From Myxococcota bacterium (GTDB taxonomy: Bacteria; Myxococcota_A; UBA796; SXON01): DNA of 64,000 nucleotides. The notes under the pieces are model-generated. The model was not told where the DNA came from. It worked only from the letters and a program-made list of their open reading frames with translations, and ran no database searches. Position numbers and translations under genes: made by a program. Location of the stretch: contig JAZKFH010000010.1 of the NCBI GenBank assembly GCA_040386535.1, positions 1 to 64,000 on the forward strand, given 5' to 3'. Positions 19,964-29,547 of this stretch are shown piece by piece (within the stretch, counting starts at the first letter, position 1; the number at the start of each line of letters is the position of its first letter).

Positions 19964-20386
19964 ATGAAACACATCGACGCCATCCTCAACGCCCACCCCA
20001 ACCACGCCCGCATGGAGAGCATCCCCGGCTTCGCCGCGGCGATCACCGCGTGTCTCGACTGCACCATCGTTTGCAACAGCTGTGCCGACGCGTGTGTCGC
20101 CGAAGACAAGCTGAAGATGCTGCAACGCTGCATCCGCCTCGACCTCGACTGCTCCGCGATCTGCGCCGCGACCGCCACGATGCTGAGCCACGCCTACGAC
20201 GCGGACGCGCGCGTGTTGCGGGCCCAGCTCCAGGCCTGCCTCACCGCGTGTGTGGCGTGCGCCGAGGAGTGCGAGCGCCACGCCCGCACCATGGAGCACT
20301 GCCGCATCTGCGCGGAGACCTGCCGCACCTGCGAGCGCGCGTGCCAGCAGGTGATGGAGCGGCTGCCCGCGATGGCGATGGCGTAG
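19964..20386 (+). CDS. Four-helix bundle copper storage protein (Csp3/DUF326-like)
   Basis: Regular CxxxC/CxxC arrays, no signal peptide; GGAGG RBS upstream. Confidence 0.9.
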   Translation: MKHIDAILNAHPNHARMESIPGFAAAITACLDCTIVCNSCADACVAEDKLKMLQRCIRLDLDCSAICAATATMLSHAYDADARVLRAQLQACLTACVACAEECERHARTMEHCRICAETCRTCERACQQVMERLPAMAMA

Positions 20387-20635
20387 GAGCCCGTAGTGCA
20401 TTGCGGTCCTGCTGCGGGTCCCGATCCGCGGCGTATGCCCACCTCCTCGCCGGCCATCCGCTCGACGTACCCGAGGTACGCCTTCCCGGATGGCCGGCTG
20501 TGGGGGTGGCCCTCCGCTCGCGGCTCGTGCCCCTCGCGACGGACCGCACCGCCCGGCAGGGCCGGGCTATGCACTACGGGCTCCCAGCGGGGCTCCGGGG
20601 ACGAGGTAGGCTTCGGGCCCGCCCCGAAGGCTCCC

Positions 20636-22063
20636 ATGTCCACGCCCGCCCCCGACTTCGTCCCCCGGCTCCGCGCCGACCTGCTCGTGGAGTCCGGTCC
20701 CGACTCGTTCGTCGTGACCGATCCGCTGTTGCGTCGGCGCCTGGACCTCGGGGGCATCGGCGATGTCGTGGCGAAGCTCGACGGGCGCTCGGCTCACACA
20801 CTCGTGGCCGACGGCGCCCGCACCGAGCAGATCCTGCGCACGCTGCTGCTCCTGCACATGCTCGACGGCGCGGGCGAGGCCGATCGCGCGCGCCTGCGCG
20901 CCTCGCAGCGGACGGCGGGCGGCGCCGCCCCGACTCCCCTCCCCCTGGTGACGCTCCCGGGCGCGCGCTTCTCGTGCCAGGGCAGCGGCGGCTGCTGCCG
21001 GAACTATGTCTTCGGCCCCCTCACCGACGCCGACGTCGCGCGGGTGGAGGCGCTCGACCTGGCGCCGTTCGCGCTCGGCGCGGGCCCTTTCTACGAGTCC
21101 CGGTCGACCGGCGAGCGGGCGGAGCGCTTCCTCCGCACCACGGACGAGGGCGCGTGCGTGTTCCTGGAGGCAGGGCAGCGCTGCGGGCTCCACGCCCGCC
21201 ACGGCGGCGCGTCCAAGCCGGGCTTCTGCCAACTGTTCCCCATCGTGGCGTGGCGGACGGTCGCCGGGCTGCGCGTGTACGACGGCGGGGAGTGTGTGTC
21301 GTTCCCCACGAGCACCGCGAGCGGCCCCTCGATCGAGGCGGCCTGGGAGGAGGTGCGCACCCTCCTCCCGCCGCCGGCGCTCTACCACCCGTTGGTCCAC
21401 CTCGCGCCCGGCGCGCCCTGTGACCTCGCGTGGTTCCTGCCGGTGCTCGACACGATGGTGGCGCGCGTGGCGGACGACGCGCATCCGGTGGACACGCTGC
21501 GGGTCCTCGGGGCCACGTTCGCCGCTGCCGAGCTCGCGCTGCGACGCTGTCCGATCACGGCGACCGGCCCCCAGGACGCCCTCGCCGCCGCGTTCGCATC
21601 GCCCCCGACCCTCTCCGCGCCGACCCGTGGCGTGGAGGGCCGCGCCGCGCTCACCGAGCTCCCGCGCGCCCTCGCCCAGATCTTCGCCGCGCCCCTGTCC
21701 CAGCCCGGCGGCCGGGCGCCGCCGTTCACCCGCGAGATCGTCGACGCCCTGCTCCGCGTGGCCGAGGCCGCCGACGGCGGCGCCCCGCTCCCCCCCGAGG
21801 ATCCTGCCACCCGGCCGCTCTGGGCGCTCTCCTTCCGCCAGCACCTCTTCGGCCAACGCGCGCTCGTGGAGGGCCGCCCCCGTGCGGCGCTGCTCCGCCT
21901 CTGCCTGGATTGGCTCGTGGCACGGGCGCACCCCGACGGGGAGCGCGCCGGGCACGTGCTCGCGGCCCGCCGGCTCGACATGCCGTGGCAGCCGGTCCAT
22001 CGGCTCCTGGTGCGCGCAGAGTCGGCGCTCAATCCCGTGCTGGACGCGCTCCCGTCGATGTGA
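20636..22063 (+). CDS. YkgJ/FliB-like cysteine-cluster protein with N-terminal extension
   Basis: CQGSGGCC..CVFL..CGLH..KPGFCQLFP. Confidence 0.8.
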   Translation: MSTPAPDFVPRLRADLLVESGPDSFVVTDPLLRRRLDLGGIGDVVAKLDGRSAHTLVADGARTEQILRTLLLLHMLDGAGEADRARLRASQRTAGGAAPTPLPLVTLPGARFSCQGSGGCCRNYVFGPLTDADVARVEALDLAPFALGAGPFYESRSTGERAERFLRTTDEGACVFLEAGQRCGLHARHGGASKPGFCQLFPIVAWRTVAGLRVYDGGECVSFPTSTASGPSIEAAWEEVRTLLPPPALYHPLVHLAPGAPCDLAWFLPVLDTMVARVADDAHPVDTLRVLGATFAAAELALRRCPITATGPQDALAAAFASPPTLSAPTRGVEGRAALTELPRALAQIFAAPLSQPGGRAPPFTREIVDALLRVAEAADGGAPLPPEDPATRPLWALSFRQHLFGQRALVEGRPRAALLRLCLDWLVARAHPDGERAGHVLAARRLDMPWQPVHRLLVRAESALNPVLDALPSM

Positions 22064-22115
22064 GCGGGCCCCGCGGCTGCCCGCGGGCCGCGCCCCCCTG
22101 GAGTACGATGGCGGC

Positions 22116-23936
22116 ATGCTCGTGCTCCTCGCTGTCGCGGCCCTCGCCGCCACCCCGCTGGTCGTCACCACCACCGCCGTGCCCTTCGCCCCGCTCGAGC
22201 TCGACGCCGACAGGAACGGCGTGCCCGACGGATGGACGCGCGAAACGACGGTCGGCGCGATCACCGTGGCCAAGGTGCCCGGTCCCGGGGGCGACGTGGC
22301 GCGGGTGGCCTACGCGGCGGGCACCAAGGGCCACGTGTGCAGCCCGCGCACCCCCGTCTCGCCGGGCGCCACGGTCACCCTCGCCTCCGCCGTGCGCGGC
22401 GAGCCCGCCCTCGGGGACGTGACCGCGCTGCACCTGCACCTCGACGGCGCCAACGGCGTGCTCCACACCGCCCGCCGCCGCATCGACGTGGGTGACGTTG
22501 GCTGGGATCCCGTCGACATGCGCGCCACCGCGCCCGTCGGCACCGTGGGCGCTCGCGTGTGCCTCGAAGTCCAGATGGTGAAGGCCGACCAGCCCGGCGC
22601 CCTGCTGCTGGCCCCGCTGGTCCTCTCCGAGCTGCGCGCCACCTCACGCTCCGCGTCGCTGCCGCTCAAGCGTGTGCTGCTCGTCAGCGTCGAGACCTTC
22701 CGGCGCGACCACGTGCACACCTACGGCTACCCGCGCCTCACGACGCCCACCTTCGACAGCCTCGTGGCCGGCGGCACGTCCTACGACCAACACTGGACCT
22801 CGGCCCCGTACACGCACCCCTCGCTCGCCTCCCTGGTGACCGGCCTGCTCCCCACGCGCCTCGGGTTCGTGGACAACATCCCCTCCATCGGCGGCGAGCT
22901 CCTCACCGCGGCCCAGCTGTTCGCGAAGGGCGGCTATGTCACGGCCGCGTTCAACGTCCAATACGTCCTGTCGAACCGCTACGGTCTGAACCGCGGCTTC
23001 CATTATTATCGCAACCACCCCAACGACGTGCCCGCCGCGAAGCTCACCGAGGAGGTGCTCCCCTTCCTCGACGAACACGCCGAGGACAACCTGTTCTTGT
23101 GGATGCACTACTTCGATCCGCACGGCCCCTACCGCCCGCCCGCGGACCAACGCAAACGTTTCACGGGCGACACGATCTGGGAGAACGACACCGTCACGTT
23201 CAAGCCCGGCACCGCGCAGGAAGGCAGCCCCGACATCCCGCCGTACGTGCTCGACAAGGGCCAGACGGAGCGCCGCCATTACGTGGCAGGTTACGACGGC
23301 GACATCTCCTATCTGGACGAGGAGCTGGGGAAGCTCGTCCGGTACGTGAAGACGAAGGGGTGGGCGGAGGACACGCTCATCGTCGTGACCGCCGACCACG
23401 GGGAGTCCCTCGGGGAACACGGCCGCACCTTCTGCCACGGCTCCCTGTACGAGACCGATCTGCACGTGCCGATGGTGGTGTGGGGCCCCGGGCGCGTGCC
23501 GGCCGGCGCGCATGTCACCGCGGAGACCAACCACGTGGACGTGCTCCCCACCCTGCTCGACTACGCGGGGCTCCCCATCCCCGCGGGGCTGCACGGCGCG
23601 AGCGTCAAGGGCATCACCACCACGCGGCCGCCGGGGAGCCTGCCGGTGAACCTCGCGGTCGTCGGGCGCGCCGAGCGCATGCGGTGGGCCGTGCGGGACG
23701 GCGCCACCAAGGTGCTCCTCGACCGCGACGGCCGCCTCGCCTCCGCGTGGAACCTCGCGACGGATCCGGGCGAGCTCCGCGATCTCGTCGGGACGCCCTC
23801 CAAGGAGGCCCGCGCCCTGGTCAAGACGGCCCAGGCGTGGCTGGGAACCGGCACGTGGAAGCCGCCCGCGGTGCGAGAGCAGGCGTTGGACGACGAGGAT
23901 GTCGCGCGGCTGCGGGCGTTGGGGTACGTGGAGTAG
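22116..23936 (+). CDS. Secreted sulfatase-like protein with N-terminal beta-sandwich (CBM-like) domain
   Basis: Signal peptide; VETFRRDH, YTHPSLASLVTG, YFDPHGPY, TADHGE, LRALGY C-terminus. Confidence 0.85.
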   Translation: MLVLLAVAALAATPLVVTTTAVPFAPLELDADRNGVPDGWTRETTVGAITVAKVPGPGGDVARVAYAAGTKGHVCSPRTPVSPGATVTLASAVRGEPALGDVTALHLHLDGANGVLHTARRRIDVGDVGWDPVDMRATAPVGTVGARVCLEVQMVKADQPGALLLAPLVLSELRATSRSASLPLKRVLLVSVETFRRDHVHTYGYPRLTTPTFDSLVAGGTSYDQHWTSAPYTHPSLASLVTGLLPTRLGFVDNIPSIGGELLTAAQLFAKGGYVTAAFNVQYVLSNRYGLNRGFHYYRNHPNDVPAAKLTEEVLPFLDEHAEDNLFLWMHYFDPHGPYRPPADQRKRFTGDTIWENDTVTFKPGTAQEGSPDIPPYVLDKGQTERRHYVAGYDGDISYLDEELGKLVRYVKTKGWAEDTLIVVTADHGESLGEHGRTFCHGSLYETDLHVPMVVWGPGRVPAGAHVTAETNHVDVLPTLLDYAGLPIPAGLHGASVKGITTTRPPGSLPVNLAVVGRAERMRWAVRDGATKVLLDRDGRLASAWNLATDPGELRDLVGTPSKEARALVKTAQAWLGTGTWKPPAVREQALDDEDVARLRALGYVE

Positions 23937-23951
23937 GGCCCGGCCCCGTCG

Positions 23952-24545
23952 TCAGTTCGCGGCGGCCGCGCCCCACGTGAGCGGTTCCAGCGTGCAATCG
24001 CCGACCGGCACGGGGCTGTCGGCCGGCGCGCGGACCACGAGGACCTGGTTCGCCGCGGAGGCGGGAAGGACGGTGCCGTCGGCGCACTTCGCGCTCTGGC
24101 CGGGGCCGACAACGACGGTCGCGGCGAGATCGACCGTACACGTGGCGAGCATGTCGAGGTCGTTCCACTCCGGACACACCGCGTAGGCGGTACGGAAGCC
24201 GGTCGCGTCCCCGGTCGGCGCCTGGAGGCTCCAGTACGCGCCCTTGGGCCCCGCGCGCTTGGAGGTCTCGTACGACGCGCTGTAGGCGCGGTACACCCGG
24301 ACGGGGGCCTCGACGGTGAAGACCTTCCCCTCACACAACGCCCCCGTGCCCGGGGCGCCGATGGCGAACGCGGGGGGTGCGGCGGCGCTCTCGACGAAGC
24401 CGGCCGGTGTGGGCTCCACCACGCCGACACACACCGGGGCGGGCGCCAGGGCCGTTCCGTCGACGATGGCGGTTCCGTTGACGACGGGAACCGGGGGCTT
24501 GTGGGCGGTACAGGCGAAGAGGCCAAGGAGGAGGATGTGCTGCAT
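23952..24545 (-). CDS. Hypothetical lipoprotein
   Basis: LFAC lipobox; VYRAY..YWS..CPEWN..GPGQ..NQV. Confidence 0.65.
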   Translation of the reverse strand: MQHILLLGLFACTAHKPPVPVVNGTAIVDGTALAPAPVCVGVVEPTPAGFVESAAAPPAFAIGAPGTGALCEGKVFTVEAPVRVYRAYSASYETSKRAGPKGAYWSLQAPTGDATGFRTAYAVCPEWNDLDMLATCTVDLAATVVVGPGQSAKCADGTVLPASAANQVLVVRAPADSPVPVGDCTLEPLTWGAAAAN

Positions 24546-24624
24546 CGGCGCACCAGAACAGATCCGCGGGGGCGATGTCAATCCCCCGCGCGGGGAACCG
24601 CCTGGACACGGCTATGCTGGCGGG

Positions 24625-25590
24625 ATGACCGACTCTCTCGTGCGCGCGCACCTCCACAACGTCGTGAACACCCTGCGCGCGGCGCCCGCGCCCCAGGGCC
24701 GTGCCGACGCCCGCGCAGCCGCGCTCGACGCGCTGGCGGCCTACGCGGCGGCGGGGCGGTTCCCGCGCCCCGAGGGGCCCGTCACCCCCCGCGCCCGGCG
24801 GATCTCCCCTCCCCGGGCCTTCCGCGGCGCCGGCGCGCGCGCCCCGATCTTCGAGGACGCCGCCGGGACCCGGTGCGCCGTCGGCCACCTCCTCGGGCTC
24901 ACGCGGCCCGATCTTGTCGCCCGCGTGCGGGACGCAGACAACGGGGTGCACCTCCCCGAGTTGGATCTGCCGGAGTTGGATGCCTGGGCCGCCGAGAACG
25001 GCCTCACCTGGAACGAGCTCGCGTGGGTGCAGCCCGGCTACTGTTGGGAGGTGCCCGAGTGTGACGAGGTGGTGCTCGAGGCGCCCCGTGCGGTGACCTC
25101 CACGTGTGAGGGCCCCGACGCCAGCCTCGTGGGTGACATGACCGTCGACTGCCAGGTGTGTGACGGCCCCTTCCGCGCGTGGGCGCTGGTCGCCAACTAC
25201 GGCACCGAGACCGCGTCGGGAGTGATCGTGACGCTCGGAAGCGACACCGAGACCTTCGACCAGATCGAGTACGGCCAGCTCGCGCCGGGCGAGTCCGCGC
25301 GGGTCGGCCCGCTCGAGGCGCCCGACGTCACGTCGGTGAACGGCATCGCGTGGCTCAGCATCACGTCGACCGGCGCGGATTGCCATCCGGACGCGGCTTA
25401 CGAGGCCTGGGAGATGGGAAACGGCGGCCCCGGCCACGTCGCGCCCGCGGCGTGTGGCGAGGGCTGCCCGGACGACGGGGGCGGATGCGGCTGCGCCGCC
25501 CAGTCCACGAGTGGCTGGGCGACCCTCGGGTGGCTGGGGCTCGCGGGGCTGGGATTGATTCGCCGACGAGACGCCGCCGTCCAGCCCTGA
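24625..25590 (+). CDS. Hypothetical protein with MYXO-CTERM-like C-terminal tail
   Basis: GGGCGC + hydrophobic helix + RRR; N-terminal GTRCAVGHLL domain. Confidence 0.7.
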   Translation: MTDSLVRAHLHNVVNTLRAAPAPQGRADARAAALDALAAYAAAGRFPRPEGPVTPRARRISPPRAFRGAGARAPIFEDAAGTRCAVGHLLGLTRPDLVARVRDADNGVHLPELDLPELDAWAAENGLTWNELAWVQPGYCWEVPECDEVVLEAPRAVTSTCEGPDASLVGDMTVDCQVCDGPFRAWALVANYGTETASGVIVTLGSDTETFDQIEYGQLAPGESARVGPLEAPDVTSVNGIAWLSITSTGADCHPDAAYEAWEMGNGGPGHVAPAACGEGCPDDGGGCGCAAQSTSGWATLGWLGLAGLGLIRRRDAAVQP

Positions 25591-25594
25591 CCGG

Positions 25595-26041
25595 TCAGTG
25601 AACCCGGGCGGCCTCTTTCGTCGGCTCGGAGACCGCACGCACCACGTCCGCCGTGCGCGCCTGGCTCGCCGCGAGCGCGATGTCGGCCTGCGCGACGATG
25701 CCGACGCAGTTGCCATGCTCGTCCACCACGGGAAGCCTGCGGAGGAGGTGCCGCTCCAATGCGTGACAACACTCGTCGAGCGTGGCGTCGGGCCGGATCG
25801 TGACCGGCGGGGTGGACATACACTCGCCGACGGTGAGCTCGAGCGGATTCACGCCCTGCGCGAGGGAGCGGCACACGATGTCCCGGTCGGTCACGACCCC
25901 GATGAGGTGGCGGCTCCGGAGATCCCGGACGACCGGGATGCACCCACAGTTGTACTCCACCATCAGGCGAGCCACCGCCTCGAGCGGCATGTCGCTGGTG
26001 CAGCACGCGGGCGCGGCCGTCATGATGTCCTTTACCTGCAT
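25595..26041 (-). CDS. CBS domain pair protein
   Basis: VKDIMT, GCIPVV, GVVTDRDI, RRLPVV. Confidence 0.92.
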   Translation of the reverse strand: MQVKDIMTAAPACCTSDMPLEAVARLMVEYNCGCIPVVRDLRSRHLIGVVTDRDIVCRSLAQGVNPLELTVGECMSTPPVTIRPDATLDECCHALERHLLRRLPVVDEHGNCVGIVAQADIALAASQARTADVVRAVSEPTKEAARVH

Positions 26042-26219
26042 CGAGAAACTCCCTCTTTCTTGCAGTAGACCTATCGGGGCGACAGGGCGAGGACGTGCGC
26101 CTTCAGAATGTTATTTGTAGCGCATCGTGGTGACTACGTGACATTCGGTGCCGCGTCGTCACGACGCCGATTTCGGCCCTCCCGACCCGATAATCATCGG
26201 GTCCCTGAGGTACGATACC

Positions 26220-26669
26220 ATGTCTATTCATTGGGTTCTGGTCGGCGATGCGGCGGGTGCCAAGGTGTACGAGTCCGACGCCAAGCTCGAAGAGCTGGTG
26301 TTGGTCGACACGATCACCGTCACGAACGGCCACGTTCGCCACGACGACGGAACCAACAAGTCCAACGAGCAGCTCCCCGGTGCCGGACACGACTCCGAGC
26401 AGGCCGAGGCCGACCCGCACAAGGAGTCCGCGGAGCGCTCCGCGCGCGCCGTCGCGCACTCGGTCAACGACGCCGACCTCAAGCACCGCTTCGAGCACCT
26501 CGTACTCGTGGCGCCCCCCCGCTTCCTCGGCGACCTCCGCGCGGCGTTGTCGACCAACGTGAGCCGCAAGGTGTCCACGAGCATCCACCACGATTGGACC
26601 CACCTGTCCGTTCGTGACCTCTCCGAGCAGCTCCGCAAGAAGGTCCCGGTCGGCGAAGACTCGCCCTAA
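26220..26669 (+). CDS. Host attachment protein family (AtsE / eRF1-like)
   Basis: WVLVGDAAGAK..LVLVAPPRFLGDLR..DWT. Confidence 0.85.
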   Translation: MSIHWVLVGDAAGAKVYESDAKLEELVLVDTITVTNGHVRHDDGTNKSNEQLPGAGHDSEQAEADPHKESAERSARAVAHSVNDADLKHRFEHLVLVAPPRFLGDLRAALSTNVSRKVSTSIHHDWTHLSVRDLSEQLRKKVPVGEDSP

Positions 26670-26712
26670 GCGTCCGAGGGCGCGGCGCGGCGCAACGTCA
26701 TAACCCTGGCCC

Positions 26713-27567
26713 GTGCTCCTCCTCCTCGCCTGCACGGGCCCGCGCCTCCTGCTCGATCCCGACCCCACCCGCGACGGACTGGGGGGTGGGGACGGGCCCT
26801 TCGGCGCCGCCGCGGTCGAACGCCGGTACACCGCCCGGGTGACCGACACGGTCCCCACCACGGTCGTGTACCCGGCGGACGCCGCGGGCCAGCCCGTCGG
26901 CGAGGGCCACCCCGTGCTGGTGTTCGTGCACGGCGGCTTCGTCGCGCCCGACCGCTACGCGTGGTTGTGGGCCCACTTCGCATCGCGTGGCGTGGTGGTG
27001 GCGGCGCCCACCAGCCCGCTTCGGCTGGCGATCACCGAGCCCGGAAACGCGTCGGCCGCGCTCGACGGGCTCCTCGCGGACAGCGGCCCCCAAGCGCTCT
27101 GGCCGGGCCTCGTCTCGACCACCACCCCCGCGGTCGTCGGCGGCCACTCGCTCGGCGGCGTCGTGAGCGCCCTGGTATGGGCGGACGACGATCGCTTCGA
27201 CGGGCTCTTCCTCGCGGCCAGCTTCCCCGCCGACGGGACCGTGGCCCGCTCCGGTACCCACGCGCTCGCGCTCGTCGGCACGGAGGACGGCGCGTCGCCC
27301 CCCGCCGACGTGCAGGCGGGCGTCGCTCCGCTCGGCGCCCCCGTGGGCCTCGTGGACGGGCTCACCCACTACGGCTGGACGGACGGCGCCAGCGCGCGGG
27401 ACGAGGCGGGAGACGGCGTGGCCACCCGCCCGGTCGACGAGGCCCGTCGTGACCTGCTCGCCGTGCTCGACCGCTGGGTGGACGCGGTGTTTGCCGAGGA
27501 CGACGCGACGATCGCGGCGCTGCCCCTCGAGGACCACGCGGGCGTCACGTTCGGAGAGGCGGAGTGA
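26713..27567 (+). CDS. Alpha/beta hydrolase lipoprotein
   Basis: LLAC; FVHGG, GHSLGG, GTED, THYG. Confidence 0.8.
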   Translation: MLLLLACTGPRLLLDPDPTRDGLGGGDGPFGAAAVERRYTARVTDTVPTTVVYPADAAGQPVGEGHPVLVFVHGGFVAPDRYAWLWAHFASRGVVVAAPTSPLRLAITEPGNASAALDGLLADSGPQALWPGLVSTTTPAVVGGHSLGGVVSALVWADDDRFDGLFLAASFPADGTVARSGTHALALVGTEDGASPPADVQAGVAPLGAPVGLVDGLTHYGWTDGASARDEAGDGVATRPVDEARRDLLAVLDRWVDAVFAEDDATIAALPLEDHAGVTFGEAE

Positions 27568-28112
27568 TGCTGCTCCTGGCCGCCACGCTCGCCCACGCCG
27601 ACCCCGTCGCGCTCCGCGCGCCCAGCGCCACCCACACCCTCGCCGTGGCAAACACCTCGGTCAGCTATGCCATGTGGGACCGCGATCGACGCTGGGGAGT
27701 CGCCTTCCACGTCGACGATCTCGGGCGGGGCGCCACGGGCGCGTGGGTCGGGGTGCGCACCGAGTGGCGGGCGCCGTCGGGCTTCGGCGTCGACGTCCAC
27801 GCGGCCGCAGGCCTTCTCCTCTTGCGCGGCATCGATCTCGGCTTGGGTGTCACCCCCGCCGCCGCGGTCGGCTGGCGGCGCCCGCGCTTCGACGCCACGC
27901 TCGGCCTCGTGGCCCCCCTCGCCTTCAAGTTCACCCACGGCCCGGCGTTGTCGGTGCCGATCCTCCTCGAACCGTGGGTGGGCGTGCACCTCGGCGCGTT
28001 CACCGTGGGCGGCGGCGGCGCGGCGGGCCCCGTGCTGAGCGCCGGGGAGCTGTTCGCGGTCGACCTGCGGTGGATGCTCTCCGTCGGCTGGACGCCCGGG
28101 GGCGCGAAGTAG
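27567..28112 (+). CDS. Hypothetical exported protein, possibly a small beta-barrel
   Basis: Signal peptide AHA-D; amphipathic beta-strands; overlaps previous stop. Confidence 0.55.
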   Translation: MLLLAATLAHADPVALRAPSATHTLAVANTSVSYAMWDRDRRWGVAFHVDDLGRGATGAWVGVRTEWRAPSGFGVDVHAAAGLLLLRGIDLGLGVTPAAAVGWRRPRFDATLGLVAPLAFKFTHGPALSVPILLEPWVGVHLGAFTVGGGGAAGPVLSAGELFAVDLRWMLSVGWTPGGAK

Positions 28113-28187
28113 CGGGGGTCGAGGACTTGGCGCTCCGCTGTCCGCCGCCCCCTGTCCGGACGGCCTGGAGACGCTACGCTCGTCCGC

Positions 28188-29543
28188 ATGCGAAACCCGC
28201 CCGCGTTCATCCTCGCCGTCGAAGACGATCCGGCGGGCGGGCGGCTGCTCCAGGTCGTGCTCGAACGCGGCGGGTACGAGGTGGAGGTCGTGACCAACGG
28301 CCCCGACGCCCTCGCCCGCGTGCGCGAACGCCCTCCCGCCGCGGTGGCGCTCGACGTGCACCTGCCTGGCATGGACGGGCGCCAGGTGCTGCGCGAGCTG
28401 CAGAGAGACCACCGCACGGTCCCCGTCGTGATGGTCACCGCCAACAACGACGTCGCGACGGCGGTCGAGTGCATCCAGCTCGGCGCGTTCGACTACCTGT
28501 CCAAGCCGCTCGAGCCCGACGCCCTGCTCCTCCGCATCCGCCACGCGGTGGAGCGCTCCCAGCTCATCCACGAGGTGAGCGCGTTGCGGCGGCTCGCCGG
28601 GGACGACGCGGGGCTCGCCGAGGCGATGGGCGGCTCGGCCCGTATCTGCGACCTGGTCGACGCGGTGCAGCGGGTGGCGGACACCCACCTCACGGTGCTC
28701 CTGCACGGCGAGACAGGCACCGGAAAGGACCTCGTCGCCGTGGCACTGCACCACCTGAGCACGCGGCGGGGCAAGCCGTTCGTGACGCTGGACTGCGCGG
28801 CGCTGTCCGAGACCGCGCTCGAGTCGGAGCTGTTCGGCTACGAGCAGGGCGCGTTCGCCGGGGCCCACCACCGGCACGAAGGGCTGCTGCACCGCGCCGC
28901 CGGCGGTACCGTGCTGCTCGACGAGATCGGCAGCCTCGCCCCCCGGCTCCAGGCCCGGCTCCTGCGCATGCTCGAGGAGCGCCAGGTGACCCCGATCGGG
29001 GCCGCGAAGCCGCTCCGCATCGACGTGCGCTTCGTGGCCTCCTCCAACGAGGACCTGGAGCGCGCGGTGGCGACCGGCGCCTTCCGGCGCGACCTCTACT
29101 TCCGCGTCGCGGAGTACACCGTGCGGTTGCCGCCCCTGCGGAGCCGGCCGGAGGACATCCCCCACCTGGTGCGACGCATCCTCTCGGAGTGGCCGGGCCC
29201 GCTCCGCACCATGTCCCCCAACGCCCTGGCCGTGCTCCGCCGGGGCCAGTGGCCGGGCAACGTGCGGCAGCTGCGGAACGTGGTGCGGCAGGCTGCGCTG
29301 GCGGCCGAGGGGACCGTCATCGAGGCCCACCACCTCCGCGTCCACGAGGACCGGACCGAGGCCCCCGGTCACGACGGCCGCCCCCTCAAGGACATCGCGG
29401 AGACGGCCTCGGCGGACGCGGAGAAGGCGGCCATCCGAGGCGCGCTGCTCGCCGCGGGCGGCAACCGGGCGGCGGCGGCTCGGGCGCTCCGGGTCGACTA
29501 CAAGACGTTGTACGTGAAGCTCAAGCGGTACGAGATGGAGTGA
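28188..29543 (+). CDS. NtrC-family response regulator (REC-AAA+-Fis HTH)
   Basis: VEDD, LDV.LPGMDG, GETGTGKD, ESELFG, GAFAGA, LDEIG, WPGNVRQL, HTH. Confidence 0.92.
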   Translation: MRNPPAFILAVEDDPAGGRLLQVVLERGGYEVEVVTNGPDALARVRERPPAAVALDVHLPGMDGRQVLRELQRDHRTVPVVMVTANNDVATAVECIQLGAFDYLSKPLEPDALLLRIRHAVERSQLIHEVSALRRLAGDDAGLAEAMGGSARICDLVDAVQRVADTHLTVLLHGETGTGKDLVAVALHHLSTRRGKPFVTLDCAALSETALESELFGYEQGAFAGAHHRHEGLLHRAAGGTVLLDEIGSLAPRLQARLLRMLEERQVTPIGAAKPLRIDVRFVASSNEDLERAVATGAFRRDLYFRVAEYTVRLPPLRSRPEDIPHLVRRILSEWPGPLRTMSPNALAVLRRGQWPGNVRQLRNVVRQAALAAEGTVIEAHHLRVHEDRTEAPGHDGRPLKDIAETASADAEKAAIRGALLAAGGNRAAAARALRVDYKTLYVKLKRYEME

Positions 29544-29547
29544 TCCC

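Noticed and set aside
19964..20386. Cys-rich ORF as cytochrome or RiPP precursor
   Set aside because: No CxxCH; spacing fits Csp four-helix copper storage proteins
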